From Alphaproteobacteria bacterium (GTDB lineage Bacteria > Pseudomonadota > Alphaproteobacteria > Rhodobacterales > Rhodobacteraceae), in assembly GCA_030425185.1 (NCBI GenBank), contig JAUIAU010000011.1, positions 114 to 64,113 of the forward strand: a DNA stretch of 64,000 nucleotides, given 5' to 3'. This document shows, in pieces, positions 27,847 through 37,297 of the stretch (positions are counted from its first letter, which is position 1; the number at the start of each line of letters is the position of its first letter). A program made the position numbers and the translations under genes. The notes under the pieces were generated by a model, which ran no database searches, was not told the DNA's origin, and saw only the letters and a list, made by a program, of their open reading frames with translations.

Positions 27847-30297
27847 TTGGCCGATCCTGAGCCCCTCGCAGGGGTGTGGGAAGGGGATACGGCCGTGGGT
27901 GGTCTCATCAATGCTGGCGCCGTGTTCGGCGACGTGGTCGACTCCGGTCTGCCGCTCCGCGACCTCGGCGCGGCGCTGTCCGAGTCGAAGGTGCTCGCCG
28001 CCAGCGCCGATGGCAGCGGCTACGTCGTGGTCACTCTGGCCGAGGGCGGGACGCCCTCGGTGGCCGCGCTCGACACAGTGCCGCTGTCCGGTCTGCCGTC
28101 CGGTGTTCCCTCCCGGGTCACGATCGCGGGGACCGAGCATGTCGTCATCCCCGGCGCACCGGGCACTGGCTATCTGCTGTTGTCCCTGAGTGGCGACGAC
28201 GATCTGCGCATCGACTCCGGGGCCGCGCGGGCGGGGCAGAGTGCCGCGGTGGTCTCCAGTGGCGGCACATCGTTCGTCTATCTCGCGAGCGGGGACAGCG
28301 CAGGCCTGCGCCTGTTCCGGCTCGACGCCGGACAATCTGCGACCGAGATCCCGCTGGCCGGGATCGCGGCCGGCGCAACCCTGCCGCCCGGGGCCGTGCT
28401 GCTGCGGGCGGGACCGTCCGCTTCCCCCAGCCTGATCGCCGTCGATGCAGGGGCGGACACGATCCACAGCTTCCACCTCGGCCCTGACGGCATCCCGGAA
28501 CTGGCCAGCCGGATCGGCGCGGCGGACGGCCTCGGGATCAACGCCCCGCGGGCCGCGACGGCGGTCGAGGTTGCCGGAACCGCCTATCTAGTCGTCGCCT
28601 CGACCGAGAGCCACGCGCTCAGCGTGATCTCTGTCGCGGCAGACGGCCGGCTGAGCGCCACCGACCATGTGCTGTCCCAGACCGGGATCGATCTCGCCGA
28701 TGTGGGGGCGGTGACCTCCACCCTCGTGAACAGGCGCGCCGTGATCGCCGCGGCGGGGTCCGGCGGTGCGGTCTCGCTGTTCGAACTGGTGCCCGACGGC
28801 ACGCTCGTGCACCTGGCCACGCGGGCCCCCTCCCCCGACTGGCCCGCCGGCCATGTGAGCGACCTGGCGCTCAGCGTCGTCGGCAGCGAAGTGCAGCTTC
28901 TGGCCAGCTGCCCGGACCAGTCCGACAGCTACCTGCTGCGCATCCCGCTAGACACTATCGCGGCCCCGGTGACCGGGGGTGCCGGGTCAGACACCCTGAC
29001 CGGAGGGCCTGCACGCGACCTGCTCAGCGGCGGCGCCGGGAATGACACGCTGGCCGGTGGCTGGAACGACGATATCCTGATGGACGGCACAGGCAGCGAC
29101 ACGATGACCGGCGGGCTCGGGGCCGATCTGTTCGTGCTCGCCCGCGACGGGCAGAGCGACACCATCCTCGACTTCCAGCCGGGCATCGATCGGCTCGACC
29201 TGTCGCGGTGGTGGATGCTGTCGAACGCGACCCAGCTCACGATTACCCCGACGGCAGAAGGGGCCGACCTGACCTTCGGCGACGAAACGGTGCACGTCAT
29301 CAGCTACGGGCATGTCCCGCTCGGGGCGGCGGACTTTCCGACCGGCACGATCCTGAACCTGACCCGCCCGCCCCTGATGGTCGACCAGCCGGATGCCGCC
29401 CCGGCGGACTTTTCCGCGCGCGACGTCCTGATCGGCACGGCGGGACCCGACGTCCTGCGCGGCTACGGCGGGAACGACCGGCTCGAGGGTGGCGGCGGCA
29501 GCGACGAGCTGCGCGGCGGCGATAACGACGACGAGCTGATCGGCGGGGACGGCGACGACTTCGTGTTCGGGGACGGCGGCCAGGACAACATCGCGCTCGG
29601 CAACGGCGACGACGAGGGGCACGGCGGCGACGGGCACGACCAACTCGGCGGCGGCGCAGGGCGCGACATGCTGTTCGGCGATGACGGCAACGACACGCTC
29701 GGCGGCGGCCCGGATGACGACTGGATCGACGGCGGGCGTGGCAACGACGTGGCCAGCGGCGGCTACGGCGACGACATCGTGCGCGGTGGTGACGGGGACG
29801 ATACGCTGGCGGGCAGCTTTGGTGCCGATATCGTCGAGGGCGGCGCGGGCAACGACTCGCTCGGCGGCGGGGTCGGCATCGACATCCTGCGCGGCGGCGA
29901 CGGCAATGACGACGCGGGCGGCGGCGACGGCGACGACTGGCTTTACGGCGACGACGGAAACGACTTCCTCGCCGGGGGCAACGGGGACGACCGGCTGTTT
30001 GGTGGCGCGGGTGACGACAAACTGAACGGGGGTGCCGGAAACGACGTCCTGACCGGCGACGCGGGGGCCGACCAGTTCATCATCCCGGACTGGACGGCAG
30101 GCGAGACGGACCTGCTCGTCGATTTCACGAAAGGCGAGGACACCATCCGGGTCCCCTGGATCAGCGGGGCCTTCAACGCGCTCACGATCACCGATCCCGG
30201 CGACGGACAGCTGGCGATTACCCATGGCGGCCACACGATCCTGGTCGACGGCCTCGATGGCGACTGGCTCGACATCCACGACTTCCTCTTCGTCTGA
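27847..30297 (+). CDS. Large RTX (GGxGxD Ca-binding) protein with N-terminal beta-propeller-like region; start uncertain (TTG)
   Basis: Two blocks of nonapeptide repeats (about 28960-29130 and 29430-30080) with DTILDF/DLLVDF-type spacers; C-terminus typical of T1SS cargo; no Sec signal. Confidence 0.85.
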   Translation: MADPEPLAGVWEGDTAVGGLINAGAVFGDVVDSGLPLRDLGAALSESKVLAASADGSGYVVVTLAEGGTPSVAALDTVPLSGLPSGVPSRVTIAGTEHVVIPGAPGTGYLLLSLSGDDDLRIDSGAARAGQSAAVVSSGGTSFVYLASGDSAGLRLFRLDAGQSATEIPLAGIAAGATLPPGAVLLRAGPSASPSLIAVDAGADTIHSFHLGPDGIPELASRIGAADGLGINAPRAATAVEVAGTAYLVVASTESHALSVISVAADGRLSATDHVLSQTGIDLADVGAVTSTLVNRRAVIAAAGSGGAVSLFELVPDGTLVHLATRAPSPDWPAGHVSDLALSVVGSEVQLLASCPDQSDSYLLRIPLDTIAAPVTGGAGSDTLTGGPARDLLSGGAGNDTLAGGWNDDILMDGTGSDTMTGGLGADLFVLARDGQSDTILDFQPGIDRLDLSRWWMLSNATQLTITPTAEGADLTFGDETVHVISYGHVPLGAADFPTGTILNLTRPPLMVDQPDAAPADFSARDVLIGTAGPDVLRGYGGNDRLEGGGGSDELRGGDNDDELIGGDGDDFVFGDGGQDNIALGNGDDEGHGGDGHDQLGGGAGRDMLFGDDGNDTLGGGPDDDWIDGGRGNDVASGGYGDDIVRGGDGDDTLAGSFGADIVEGGAGNDSLGGGVGIDILRGGDGNDDAGGGDGDDWLYGDDGNDFLAGGNGDDRLFGGAGDDKLNGGAGNDVLTGDAGADQFIIPDWTAGETDLLVDFTKGEDTIRVPWISGAFNALTITDPGDGQLAITHGGHTILVDGLDGDWLDIHDFLFV

Positions 30298-30975
30298 AGC
30301 ACCGCGCGAGGGTGGCTCGGTAACCGCGGGCCGGAGGGTCGCGCCGTAGACCGGGGTTCGGTTGCGTGCTGCAGGACTGGCGTCAGGGGTTGGGCGCGGA
30401 GGAACGCGGCGAAGCGCCCAAAGGTTCAAGGCAGACACGCAACGAAGGACAGGCCGGACCCAGCGCTCGACCGGGGAGACGCCAGTCCGGGCTGACAGGT
30501 CTGAGCCGGGTACGGGGATCGCTGGGCGGCTACCTCAGCAGCGGCCGCCATCCCGCGGCGCATGCGGATTAGCCCATTCCCGACGGGCGTCTGGCCTACC
30601 TACCCCAATACCCTCCGGCGGCGTGGGCACCTCCGCGCTCCTCACTGCCGGGGGCGCACCGAGCGGCACCAACCGCGAGGCAAGAAGCCTCGGTGCCGAT
30701 CCGGCGCCTGTCCCGACCGTCGCGCAGCGCGTACCGGGACGGAACCGCCAGCCACCAGCCTCTTGAGACCGCTCATCAACGCTCCTCCTGATCTCCCCGA
30801 CCGCGCAGGCCGATCCTTGTGACATCACAACCGCCCCGCAGCGGGCGACGACCTCGCAAGCGGCCCAGGGAAACCCGATGCCATGCCCGACCCGGCCTCT
30901 CCCCCGGACCTGCGGGACGCCGGAGACCAGATCGCGCCCCACGACGCCCCACCCGAAGTGACACCCCAACCCGCA

Positions 30976-31713
30976 TCACGCCACGCGACGGACGAGCAGA
31001 TGGGGCGTCGCCATCCGGGTGCTGCATGACCCGGGCGGCGCAGGCTCCGGGATCGCGCCACCGCGCATGACCGCCTGGTGGTGCCGGATCGCGTCATCGA
31101 TATCGGTGTGATAGGTGGCGCGCCCACCTTCCAGCACGACGCCATGCCGACAGATCCGCTGCACGAGGCCCAGCGCATGGCTGACCACGATCGCGCCGGA
31201 GCTTTCCAGCCGCCGGGTCAGCAATGCCTCGCTGCGTTGCTTGAAAGCAAGGTCACCGACCGAAGCCACTTCGTCCACGAGGTAGGTCTCGAAGGGCAGG
31301 AACATCGACAGGCCAAAGGCCAGTCGGCCGCGCATGCCGGTCGAATAGGTGCGCACCGGCATCTCGAAATGGGGACCAAGCTCGGCGAAGGCCGCCACTC
31401 GCGCGACGAGGCGCGGCACGTCGACCCCGTAGAGCCGCCCGGCAAAGCGTACATTCTGCGCGCCCGTCAGGTCCGGATGGAAACTGCCCGCAAAGCCGAC
31501 GGGCCACGAGACACGCCCCCGGCGCAGGATGCGTCCCGCGTCCGGCCGCACGGTTCCCGCGATCATCTGCAACAGCGTCGACTTGCCCGTTCCGTTGCGC
31601 CCGAGCAGCGCGACCGGCACGCGGGATGGGAACCGCAGGCTGATCCGGTCGGCCACGCATTTCGAACCGTCCGCCGTCGCAAAGCGCTTGCTGACGTTGT
31701 CGAGGACGATCAT
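30976..31713 (-). CDS. kpsT: Capsular polysaccharide ABC transporter ATP-binding protein (KpsT-like)
   Basis: GRNGTGKST Walker A, YSTGMRGRL signature, YLVDE Walker B, VSH; ATG overlaps the kpsE stop. Confidence 0.88.
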   Translation of the reverse strand: MIVLDNVSKRFATADGSKCVADRISLRFPSRVPVALLGRNGTGKSTLLQMIAGTVRPDAGRILRRGRVSWPVGFAGSFHPDLTGAQNVRFAGRLYGVDVPRLVARVAAFAELGPHFEMPVRTYSTGMRGRLAFGLSMFLPFETYLVDEVASVGDLAFKQRSEALLTRRLESSGAIVVSHALGLVQRICRHGVVLEGGRATYHTDIDDAIRHHQAVMRGGAIPEPAPPGSCSTRMATPHLLVRRVA

Positions 31714-32885
31714 TGCCGGTCCCTCAGGCTGGCGTAGCCCAGCGACACCACGGCCCAGAGCAGGGCAAAGGCAGCAAAGGCGACCGCCGTCATCTCGGCC
31801 CGGCGCGGAAACTCCGGCGTCTCCGCGCGGGTCGGCCGGACATGGGCCGCGAGGAACCGTGTCTGCCGCCGCGCCTCGGCCAGCGCGGCATCGTGGGCCG
31901 CCATCGCCGCAACATAGGCGCGCTCGGCGAACTCGCGGTCGACCTCGAGGCGCTCGTACTCGCCCATCAGCGCGGCATAGCCCGGTGCGCCCGCGCCGCC
32001 CGAGTCCACCCCCAGCTTGCGCCGTTCCTCCGTGATCCGGGCCTCGATCACCGCGACCCGCCGATCCAGCCCGACAACCCGCTGATCCGTGGCACGGGTG
32101 GTCTCGAGCAGCAGGTCGCGTTCGAGGGTGGCATCGACGAGTTCCGCCTCGAGACTGGTCAGAACGCCCATCTGGCTGCGCAGGTCCTGCGTCGGATCGA
32201 CGATGCGGTGCCTGCCCCGGAACTCGGTGATCGCTGCCCGGGCGCGGCGAAGGCGGTCCATCGCCAGGTCGAGGTCGTCGGCCGTCTGGCGGGTCGCGGC
32301 AGCGCGGGCCTCGTCGCTGAGGGCATTGATGGTGGCGGCGCTGGCGCGGAACACCTCGCGGGCCAGGCGCTGGGCCGTATCGGGATCGAACGCGCTGACC
32401 GTCAGGTCGATGAGGCCCGTGCGCGCATCGTGATCGACCCGGATCATCCTGCGCCAATAGGCCGTCTTCGCCTCGATCGACGCGGCCTGCGGCAGGGTGA
32501 ACAGCGGGTCCCGTACGCCCTCCGGACGAAAGACGCGGTCGAGGTCGAGCACCGCGTCGAGGTCCGCCACCAGATCGGGACTGCGGATGAACGCGGCGAG
32601 GATCTCGCTGTCCGGCGTACTGCGTCCGGCAAGCTCCCCCAGCCCGCCCAGCATCAGGCTGGCCGGGCTGCCTTCGTCCGCGCGCACGCTGAACCCGACG
32701 CGGGACGCATAGCGATCGGCCGCCACGGCGTAGAGGTAGCCGGCCACGAGGACCGTGGGCAGGATGACCGCGGCAAGGAAGGTCAGCAGTCCGCGCCCCC
32801 GCGCCGACGGGGGCGGTCCGACGGGGCTCAGGTCGCCGAGGGCAAGGTCCGGACGACGGTCCGCCCGCATCATCGACTGGTCCAT
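31710..32885 (-). CDS. kpsE: Capsule export inner-membrane/co-polymerase protein (KpsE-like)
   Basis: VILPTVLVAGYLYAVAADRYAS N-terminal TM, coiled-coil middle, PEFPRR plus C-terminal TM. Confidence 0.88.
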   Translation of the reverse strand: MDQSMMRADRRPDLALGDLSPVGPPPSARGRGLLTFLAAVILPTVLVAGYLYAVAADRYASRVGFSVRADEGSPASLMLGGLGELAGRSTPDSEILAAFIRSPDLVADLDAVLDLDRVFRPEGVRDPLFTLPQAASIEAKTAYWRRMIRVDHDARTGLIDLTVSAFDPDTAQRLAREVFRASAATINALSDEARAAATRQTADDLDLAMDRLRRARAAITEFRGRHRIVDPTQDLRSQMGVLTSLEAELVDATLERDLLLETTRATDQRVVGLDRRVAVIEARITEERRKLGVDSGGAGAPGYAALMGEYERLEVDREFAERAYVAAMAAHDAALAEARRQTRFLAAHVRPTRAETPEFPRRAEMTAVAFAAFALLWAVVSLGYASLRDRQ

Positions 32886-32959
32886 CTCAGCACTCCTCTC
32901 GTGCGCCGGGTCCGGGCCCGGTCAGGAATTGGTAACCATTTCTCAGCAGGCTCCCGGGC

Positions 32960-33790
32960 ATGACCCGGACCGCACCCCCCAAGCCCCGCTCGTCCGAAGG
33001 TCCGCCCCCGGCGGCCTCCGTCCTGCCGCCGCCGTCGCTGGGGCGGGCCGTGCGGGCCATGATGCTGCGCGAGATCTCCGCGACCTACGGGCGGTCCCCG
33101 ATTGGCTATCTCTGGGCGGTGGCTGACCCCGTGGGTGGCATCCTGCTGATGACGCTGCTCTTCTCGATGCTGATGCAGCGCCCGCCGCTGGGGGAGAGCT
33201 TCGCGATCTTCTATGCCACCGGCATCCTGCCGTTCCTTCTGTTTGCCGATCTCAGCCAGAAACTCGGGGTGGCAATCCGGTATTCCAAACCGCTGTTTGC
33301 CTATCCGGCCCTCGGCCTGACGGAGGCCCTGCTGGCCCGCTTCCTGCTCAACCTGCTGACCCACGTGGTGATTGCCGGGGTTGCCCTGGGCGTGCTGGCG
33401 CTCGCGATCGGCCTGCCGGGCCGTCCGCAGCCCGGACCGCTGCTGGCGGGATATGCCCTGATCGCCCTCCTGGCCGGCGGGCTGGGAACCCTGAACTGCT
33501 ACCTGATCGCGGTCTCCCCGAACTGGGAGCGGATCTGGGCGATCGCGAACCGTCCGCTGTTCCTGATTTCGGGCGTCTTCTACACCTATGACGGGGTTCC
33601 GGCCGGCTTCGCGGACCTGCTCTGGTGGAACCCGCTTCTGCAGGGAATCGGCCTCGTCCGTGCCGGGCTCTATCCGCAGTATTCTGCGGAGTACGTCAGT
33701 CCGCTCTACGTGGCGGCCATCGGGATGGGGGCGCTTGTCGGCGGTCTTGTGCTGATGGCGCGGCGGGGGCGTGACCTCGTCAACGAGTAG
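32960..33790 (+). CDS. kpsM: Capsular polysaccharide ABC-2 permease (KpsM-like)
   Basis: MLREISATYGRSPIGYLWA, FLISGVFY, WNPLLQGI motifs. Confidence 0.88.
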   Translation: MTRTAPPKPRSSEGPPPAASVLPPPSLGRAVRAMMLREISATYGRSPIGYLWAVADPVGGILLMTLLFSMLMQRPPLGESFAIFYATGILPFLLFADLSQKLGVAIRYSKPLFAYPALGLTEALLARFLLNLLTHVVIAGVALGVLALAIGLPGRPQPGPLLAGYALIALLAGGLGTLNCYLIAVSPNWERIWAIANRPLFLISGVFYTYDGVPAGFADLLWWNPLLQGIGLVRAGLYPQYSAEYVSPLYVAAIGMGALVGGLVLMARRGRDLVNE

Positions 33791-34005
33791 CGACGGCCGG
33801 GCGACCGGGGCGGCCGCAGGTCCGGCCAGCGAGGGACGCGCAAGGGAACCCGAGGACCCTCGGACCCTCCGGCCCCCGGCGAGGCGCGGCGCGCTGGTGT
33901 CCCGGAACCCGTTGCCAAGTCCCGGTGGTGCCGCAAGGCGGTCAGTCCCTTTGAGGCACCGGCCCTCACGCGCGGCAATCCCGGCCCAAGACCTTGCCGA
34001 CACCG

Positions 34006-34848
34006 TCATGCGGCACGCCGGGCCGGTTCATCGACCGGGCGCAGATCGAGGTCGAGGCCGAACTCCTCGCGGATCTCGTCGCGCTGGCGTCCGAACAGGG
34101 CCTCGGCCCACGCGACGCGCTCGGCGGTTCGGCCGGGATCGGGAAGCGCCGTCTTGTCGAGAGCGAGGCGCAGCATCCCCCGGATCACCTCCGGCGGCAG
34201 CCCGGCCGTGACAGCGCGCGCGATCTCGTCGCAATCCCACATCCGCAGCGAGGGGTTGGCCTTGTGGATCGGCACGTTCCAGTCCAGCGCGACGCCGGGC
34301 AGAACCTGCGACACCACGGTCCGGATGTCTCCGTGCCTGGCCACCGTCAGCGTGGCCTCCGGCAGCACCCGGCGCCACGCGCGCAAGTACCCGGTGATCG
34401 TCAGGCTGCGCGCGCGGTCCGCCGCGAACCGTTCGAAACTGCGCCCGTCATGGCAGGCCCCCTCGGCGATGTAGCGGTCGAGGTTCTGCTTCAGGAACTG
34501 GGAATAATCCCCGAAAAGGAAGCCGCTGAAGGGGCGCAGGAAGACAAGGACATGAAGGCGCGTCCCGGTGCCCGATACGGCGTCCGCCAGGCGCACGGCT
34601 TGCTGGGCCTGCCCGAAATAGTCCTCGTGCGACAGGACCAGCGTGGACTGCGTCCCGAAGAGGCGGTCCAGCCTGTCCTGGTCCAGCCCGCCCAGGGTCA
34701 CGGGCGTGCCGGGATGCCCGCCACCGCCGGGATGCGGATAGGTCACGCCGGACGCGTTCAGGGCGGCGCGGTTGCCCAGCAGCACACGTTGCAGATAGGT
34801 CGAGCCGCATTTCGGCGAGCCGACATGAAGGATGAGCGTCCGGGTCAT
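34006..34848 (-). CDS. Sulfotransferase-like P-loop protein
   Basis: LILHVGSPKCGSTYLQ resembles the PAPS-binding loop; VLSHE and VFLRP strand motifs; ATGA overlap with the upstream glycosyltransferase. Confidence 0.65.
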   Translation of the reverse strand: MTRTLILHVGSPKCGSTYLQRVLLGNRAALNASGVTYPHPGGGGHPGTPVTLGGLDQDRLDRLFGTQSTLVLSHEDYFGQAQQAVRLADAVSGTGTRLHVLVFLRPFSGFLFGDYSQFLKQNLDRYIAEGACHDGRSFERFAADRARSLTITGYLRAWRRVLPEATLTVARHGDIRTVVSQVLPGVALDWNVPIHKANPSLRMWDCDEIARAVTAGLPPEVIRGMLRLALDKTALPDPGRTAERVAWAEALFGRQRDEIREEFGLDLDLRPVDEPARRAA

Positions 34849-37205
34849 TCGATGGCTCCACGCTGGGGCTGTGCGGCGCGTCGGTCGCGGGGCAGCCCCC
34901 CGCCGCCGCGCACGGGAACGGGCGAGGCTGCGGCCCACTCAGCTTTCAGGGTCTCGGCGATCCGCGTTGCGATGTCGGCAAGCGGCACCCCGAGCTGGTC
35001 GAGGTCCAACCTGCGGTCGGCGGCGGTCGCCGGGGGGGCGTGCCAGGCGCGGCAAAGGGCCCCCGCAACGGCGTCGGCCGTGGGCGGCACGCTCAGCAAC
35101 AGCGGGCTCAGCCGGGACAGATCCTTGGGACCGAACCCGTTGGTCACCACGCGGGCCCCGGCCGCCGCCATCTCGAGCGGCGGGTGGCTGGGGTGCGGCG
35201 ACAGCATCAGCGAAAGGCCGACATCCACGCCCGACAGGAACACCGGGTAGGCACTGTAGGGCAGCTTGCCGAGCGAACGCAGCATCACCCCGTTGGGCAG
35301 CGCCACCGGCGCATGGGGCAGGCCGACGCTGACCGGCTCGATGTCGCGCGGACCGAGTCCCTCGGCCGTGATGAACCCGGCCAGTGCCGCGACGGCGGTC
35401 GGGAACAGGTTGCGCGGCACTTCGGGGCGTCCGTAGAGGGCCAGTTTCCGCGGTCCCGCCCCGCGACTGCGCGGGAGGCCGGCATAGGTGCCGAGGTCAA
35501 GCGCGGGCCGGAACGTCATGGCCGCGTTCGCCCAGGCGTATCCGAGCGCCGCGAAATGGTCCTGCAGGAGCGTCGTGTTGAAGATCGGCAGAACCGGCCC
35601 GGCATAGCTGGCCTCGGCCCCGGCGAACTCAGCCCCCCAGGGGTAGAATCCCGGCTCGTAGTCCTGGATCAGGTAGAGCAGCGTGGTGCTCTCCAGTCGC
35701 GCCTCCCGCATCAGGCTGCGCGCCACGTGCGCGGTCCACCAGGCGGTCGCCATCAGCCGGTCCTGCGGATGCAGGTCCAGGTCGCGCGCCGTGACGCCGC
35801 ACAGGACCTCGACCCGGCGCATGGTCGCGACGAGGTTGGCCTCCGGCGGGCAGCGGCCGGCCAGAAAGGCACGTGTCGCCTCGCGCGCCGCGATCGGCAG
35901 GTCGGTCGCGACCAGCCGCACGGGGATTCCGCGCGCGGCCAGCAGTAGGGCGAGGTCGAGCGCCGTGGCAATCCCGGCGAAGATCTCGGCCGGGTTCAGG
36001 GTTGGCACCAACACCGTCAGGCAGGGCGGGCCGCCGCGCCGGGTCAGTCGCCACGGTTGAACGGTCCGCCGATCGACGAAGCCCTGCCAGTCGGACACGC
36101 GGGGACGGGCTTCGGCCGTGGGGGGATCGTTTCGGTCCGCCACCGGCAGCACACCCGGCGACAGCGTCCAGCCCTTCGCGTCGAGGTCCCGCAGGGCATC
36201 TGTCAGGCCGGGTCCCGCCGCCCGCCGCAGACCCAGCGCCAGCCGTCCGGCCGCCATGACGGCATGGCGCGCGGCAATCCGGGCGTCGCGGGGATGCCCG
36301 GTCAGCCCGAGGCGCAGCGCATCTGCCAGCAGCGCGGCACCCGTTGCACGATGGTGCAGGAAGGGCCGCAAGGGGGCCAGCCGGGCGGGATCGAAGCGCA
36401 GGGCGGGCAGCGCCTCGGCCTCGGTCACCCGGCGGCTCAGCGCCTTGGCCAGGTACCGGGCCCGCGCGTACTCGGCAAAGCCCTGCCGCGCCCCGGCCCT
36501 TGTCCAAAGTGCCGCACGCGCACCGCGCCCGCATCGGGGCAGGGCGCCGACCGCGTTTCCGTCGTGCTGGCGATAATCGACGAGGGCTTCGTCGAGGCCA
36601 ACAAGGCCACCGGCCGCCTCGGCCAGCAAGGCCAGCCACAGGTCATGGTAGAAATGGACGCCCGCCTGTTCGGGGAACGGCACCGCCACCTCGGCCAGGC
36701 GCCGGGTAAAGAGGGCGGTCATCCCGGTCACCGTATTCCGGAAGAGAAGACCCCGGAGGCCGGGCCGCCGCAGACGGGCCTCCCGCCGCCAGAGGGACGG
36801 CGCCACCACCTGTCCGGCCTGGTCGATCAGCCGTGCGTCGCTGTGGACAAGGTCCGCGCCGGTCTTTTCCAGAACCGTGCGCCCGCGCGACAGGCGTTCC
36901 GGGTGCCAGACATCGTCCTGATCCGCGAAGGCAAACAGGCCCGCCTCCGGATCGAGCGCCAGCACCTGCGCCAGTCCGAACCCGAACGCACCGACCGCAT
37001 CCAGCGACGTCCCCGGCATCAGCGTCCGGACCTCCAGCCCGTGGCGCCGATAGGCGGCGGTCACCTCGGCCTCGGACGTGCGGTCGGCGATCACGGCCCA
37101 GTGCCGCACCCCCCGGTCGGTCTGCCGCGCGAGGCTGGCGACCTGCGCGTCGAGGAACCCCGGATCGGGCCGGTAGGCGGCGAGGAGGACATGGATGCTC
37201 TTCAT
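34845..37205 (-). CDS. Two-domain glycosyltransferase (N-terminal GT2 plus C-terminal WsaF-like rhamnosyltransferase domain)
   Basis: FADQDDVWHPERL and YRQHDGN (GT2). ATAWWTA, YLIQDYEPGFY, YGRPEVPRN, SPHPSHPPLEMAAAG (WsaF-like). Confidence 0.85.
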   Translation of the reverse strand: MKSIHVLLAAYRPDPGFLDAQVASLARQTDRGVRHWAVIADRTSEAEVTAAYRRHGLEVRTLMPGTSLDAVGAFGFGLAQVLALDPEAGLFAFADQDDVWHPERLSRGRTVLEKTGADLVHSDARLIDQAGQVVAPSLWRREARLRRPGLRGLLFRNTVTGMTALFTRRLAEVAVPFPEQAGVHFYHDLWLALLAEAAGGLVGLDEALVDYRQHDGNAVGALPRCGRGARAALWTRAGARQGFAEYARARYLAKALSRRVTEAEALPALRFDPARLAPLRPFLHHRATGAALLADALRLGLTGHPRDARIAARHAVMAAGRLALGLRRAAGPGLTDALRDLDAKGWTLSPGVLPVADRNDPPTAEARPRVSDWQGFVDRRTVQPWRLTRRGGPPCLTVLVPTLNPAEIFAGIATALDLALLLAARGIPVRLVATDLPIAAREATRAFLAGRCPPEANLVATMRRVEVLCGVTARDLDLHPQDRLMATAWWTAHVARSLMREARLESTTLLYLIQDYEPGFYPWGAEFAGAEASYAGPVLPIFNTTLLQDHFAALGYAWANAAMTFRPALDLGTYAGLPRSRGAGPRKLALYGRPEVPRNLFPTAVAALAGFITAEGLGPRDIEPVSVGLPHAPVALPNGVMLRSLGKLPYSAYPVFLSGVDVGLSLMLSPHPSHPPLEMAAAGARVVTNGFGPKDLSRLSPLLLSVPPTADAVAGALCRAWHAPPATAADRRLDLDQLGVPLADIATRIAETLKAEWAAASPVPVRGGGGLPRDRRAAQPQRGAIE

Positions 37206-37271
37206 GCTTCGTTAGACTTTGCTGGCTGATATCGGGGCAGGTCCGATGCCTCCGTCTTGGGCCGAGAAGCT

Positions 37272-37286
37272 GAACATTTGCTGAAC
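37272..37286. promoter_or_regulatory. Candidate alphaproteobacterial LexA (SOS) box in divergent glycosyltransferase promoter
   Basis: GAAC-ATTTGCT-GAAC fits GAAC-N7-GAAC exactly; both halves are GAACA. Confidence 0.45.
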
Positions 37287-37297
37287 AGAGGTGACAC

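Noticed and set aside
28960-30080. Repetitive GGCGGC-rich DNA as a possible array
   Set aside because: Explained by RTX nonapeptide coding repeats. No CRISPR-like repeat-spacer array was seen anywhere in the window.
30470-30500. AGTCCGGGCT resembling the RNase P RNA core
   Set aside because: The conserved GAGGAAAGTCC context and 3' pseudoknot partner are absent.
37271-37286. TGAA-N7-TGAAC read as a CtrA box
   Set aside because: Both halves mismatch TTAA, whereas the LexA-type GAAC-N7-GAAC reading is exact.
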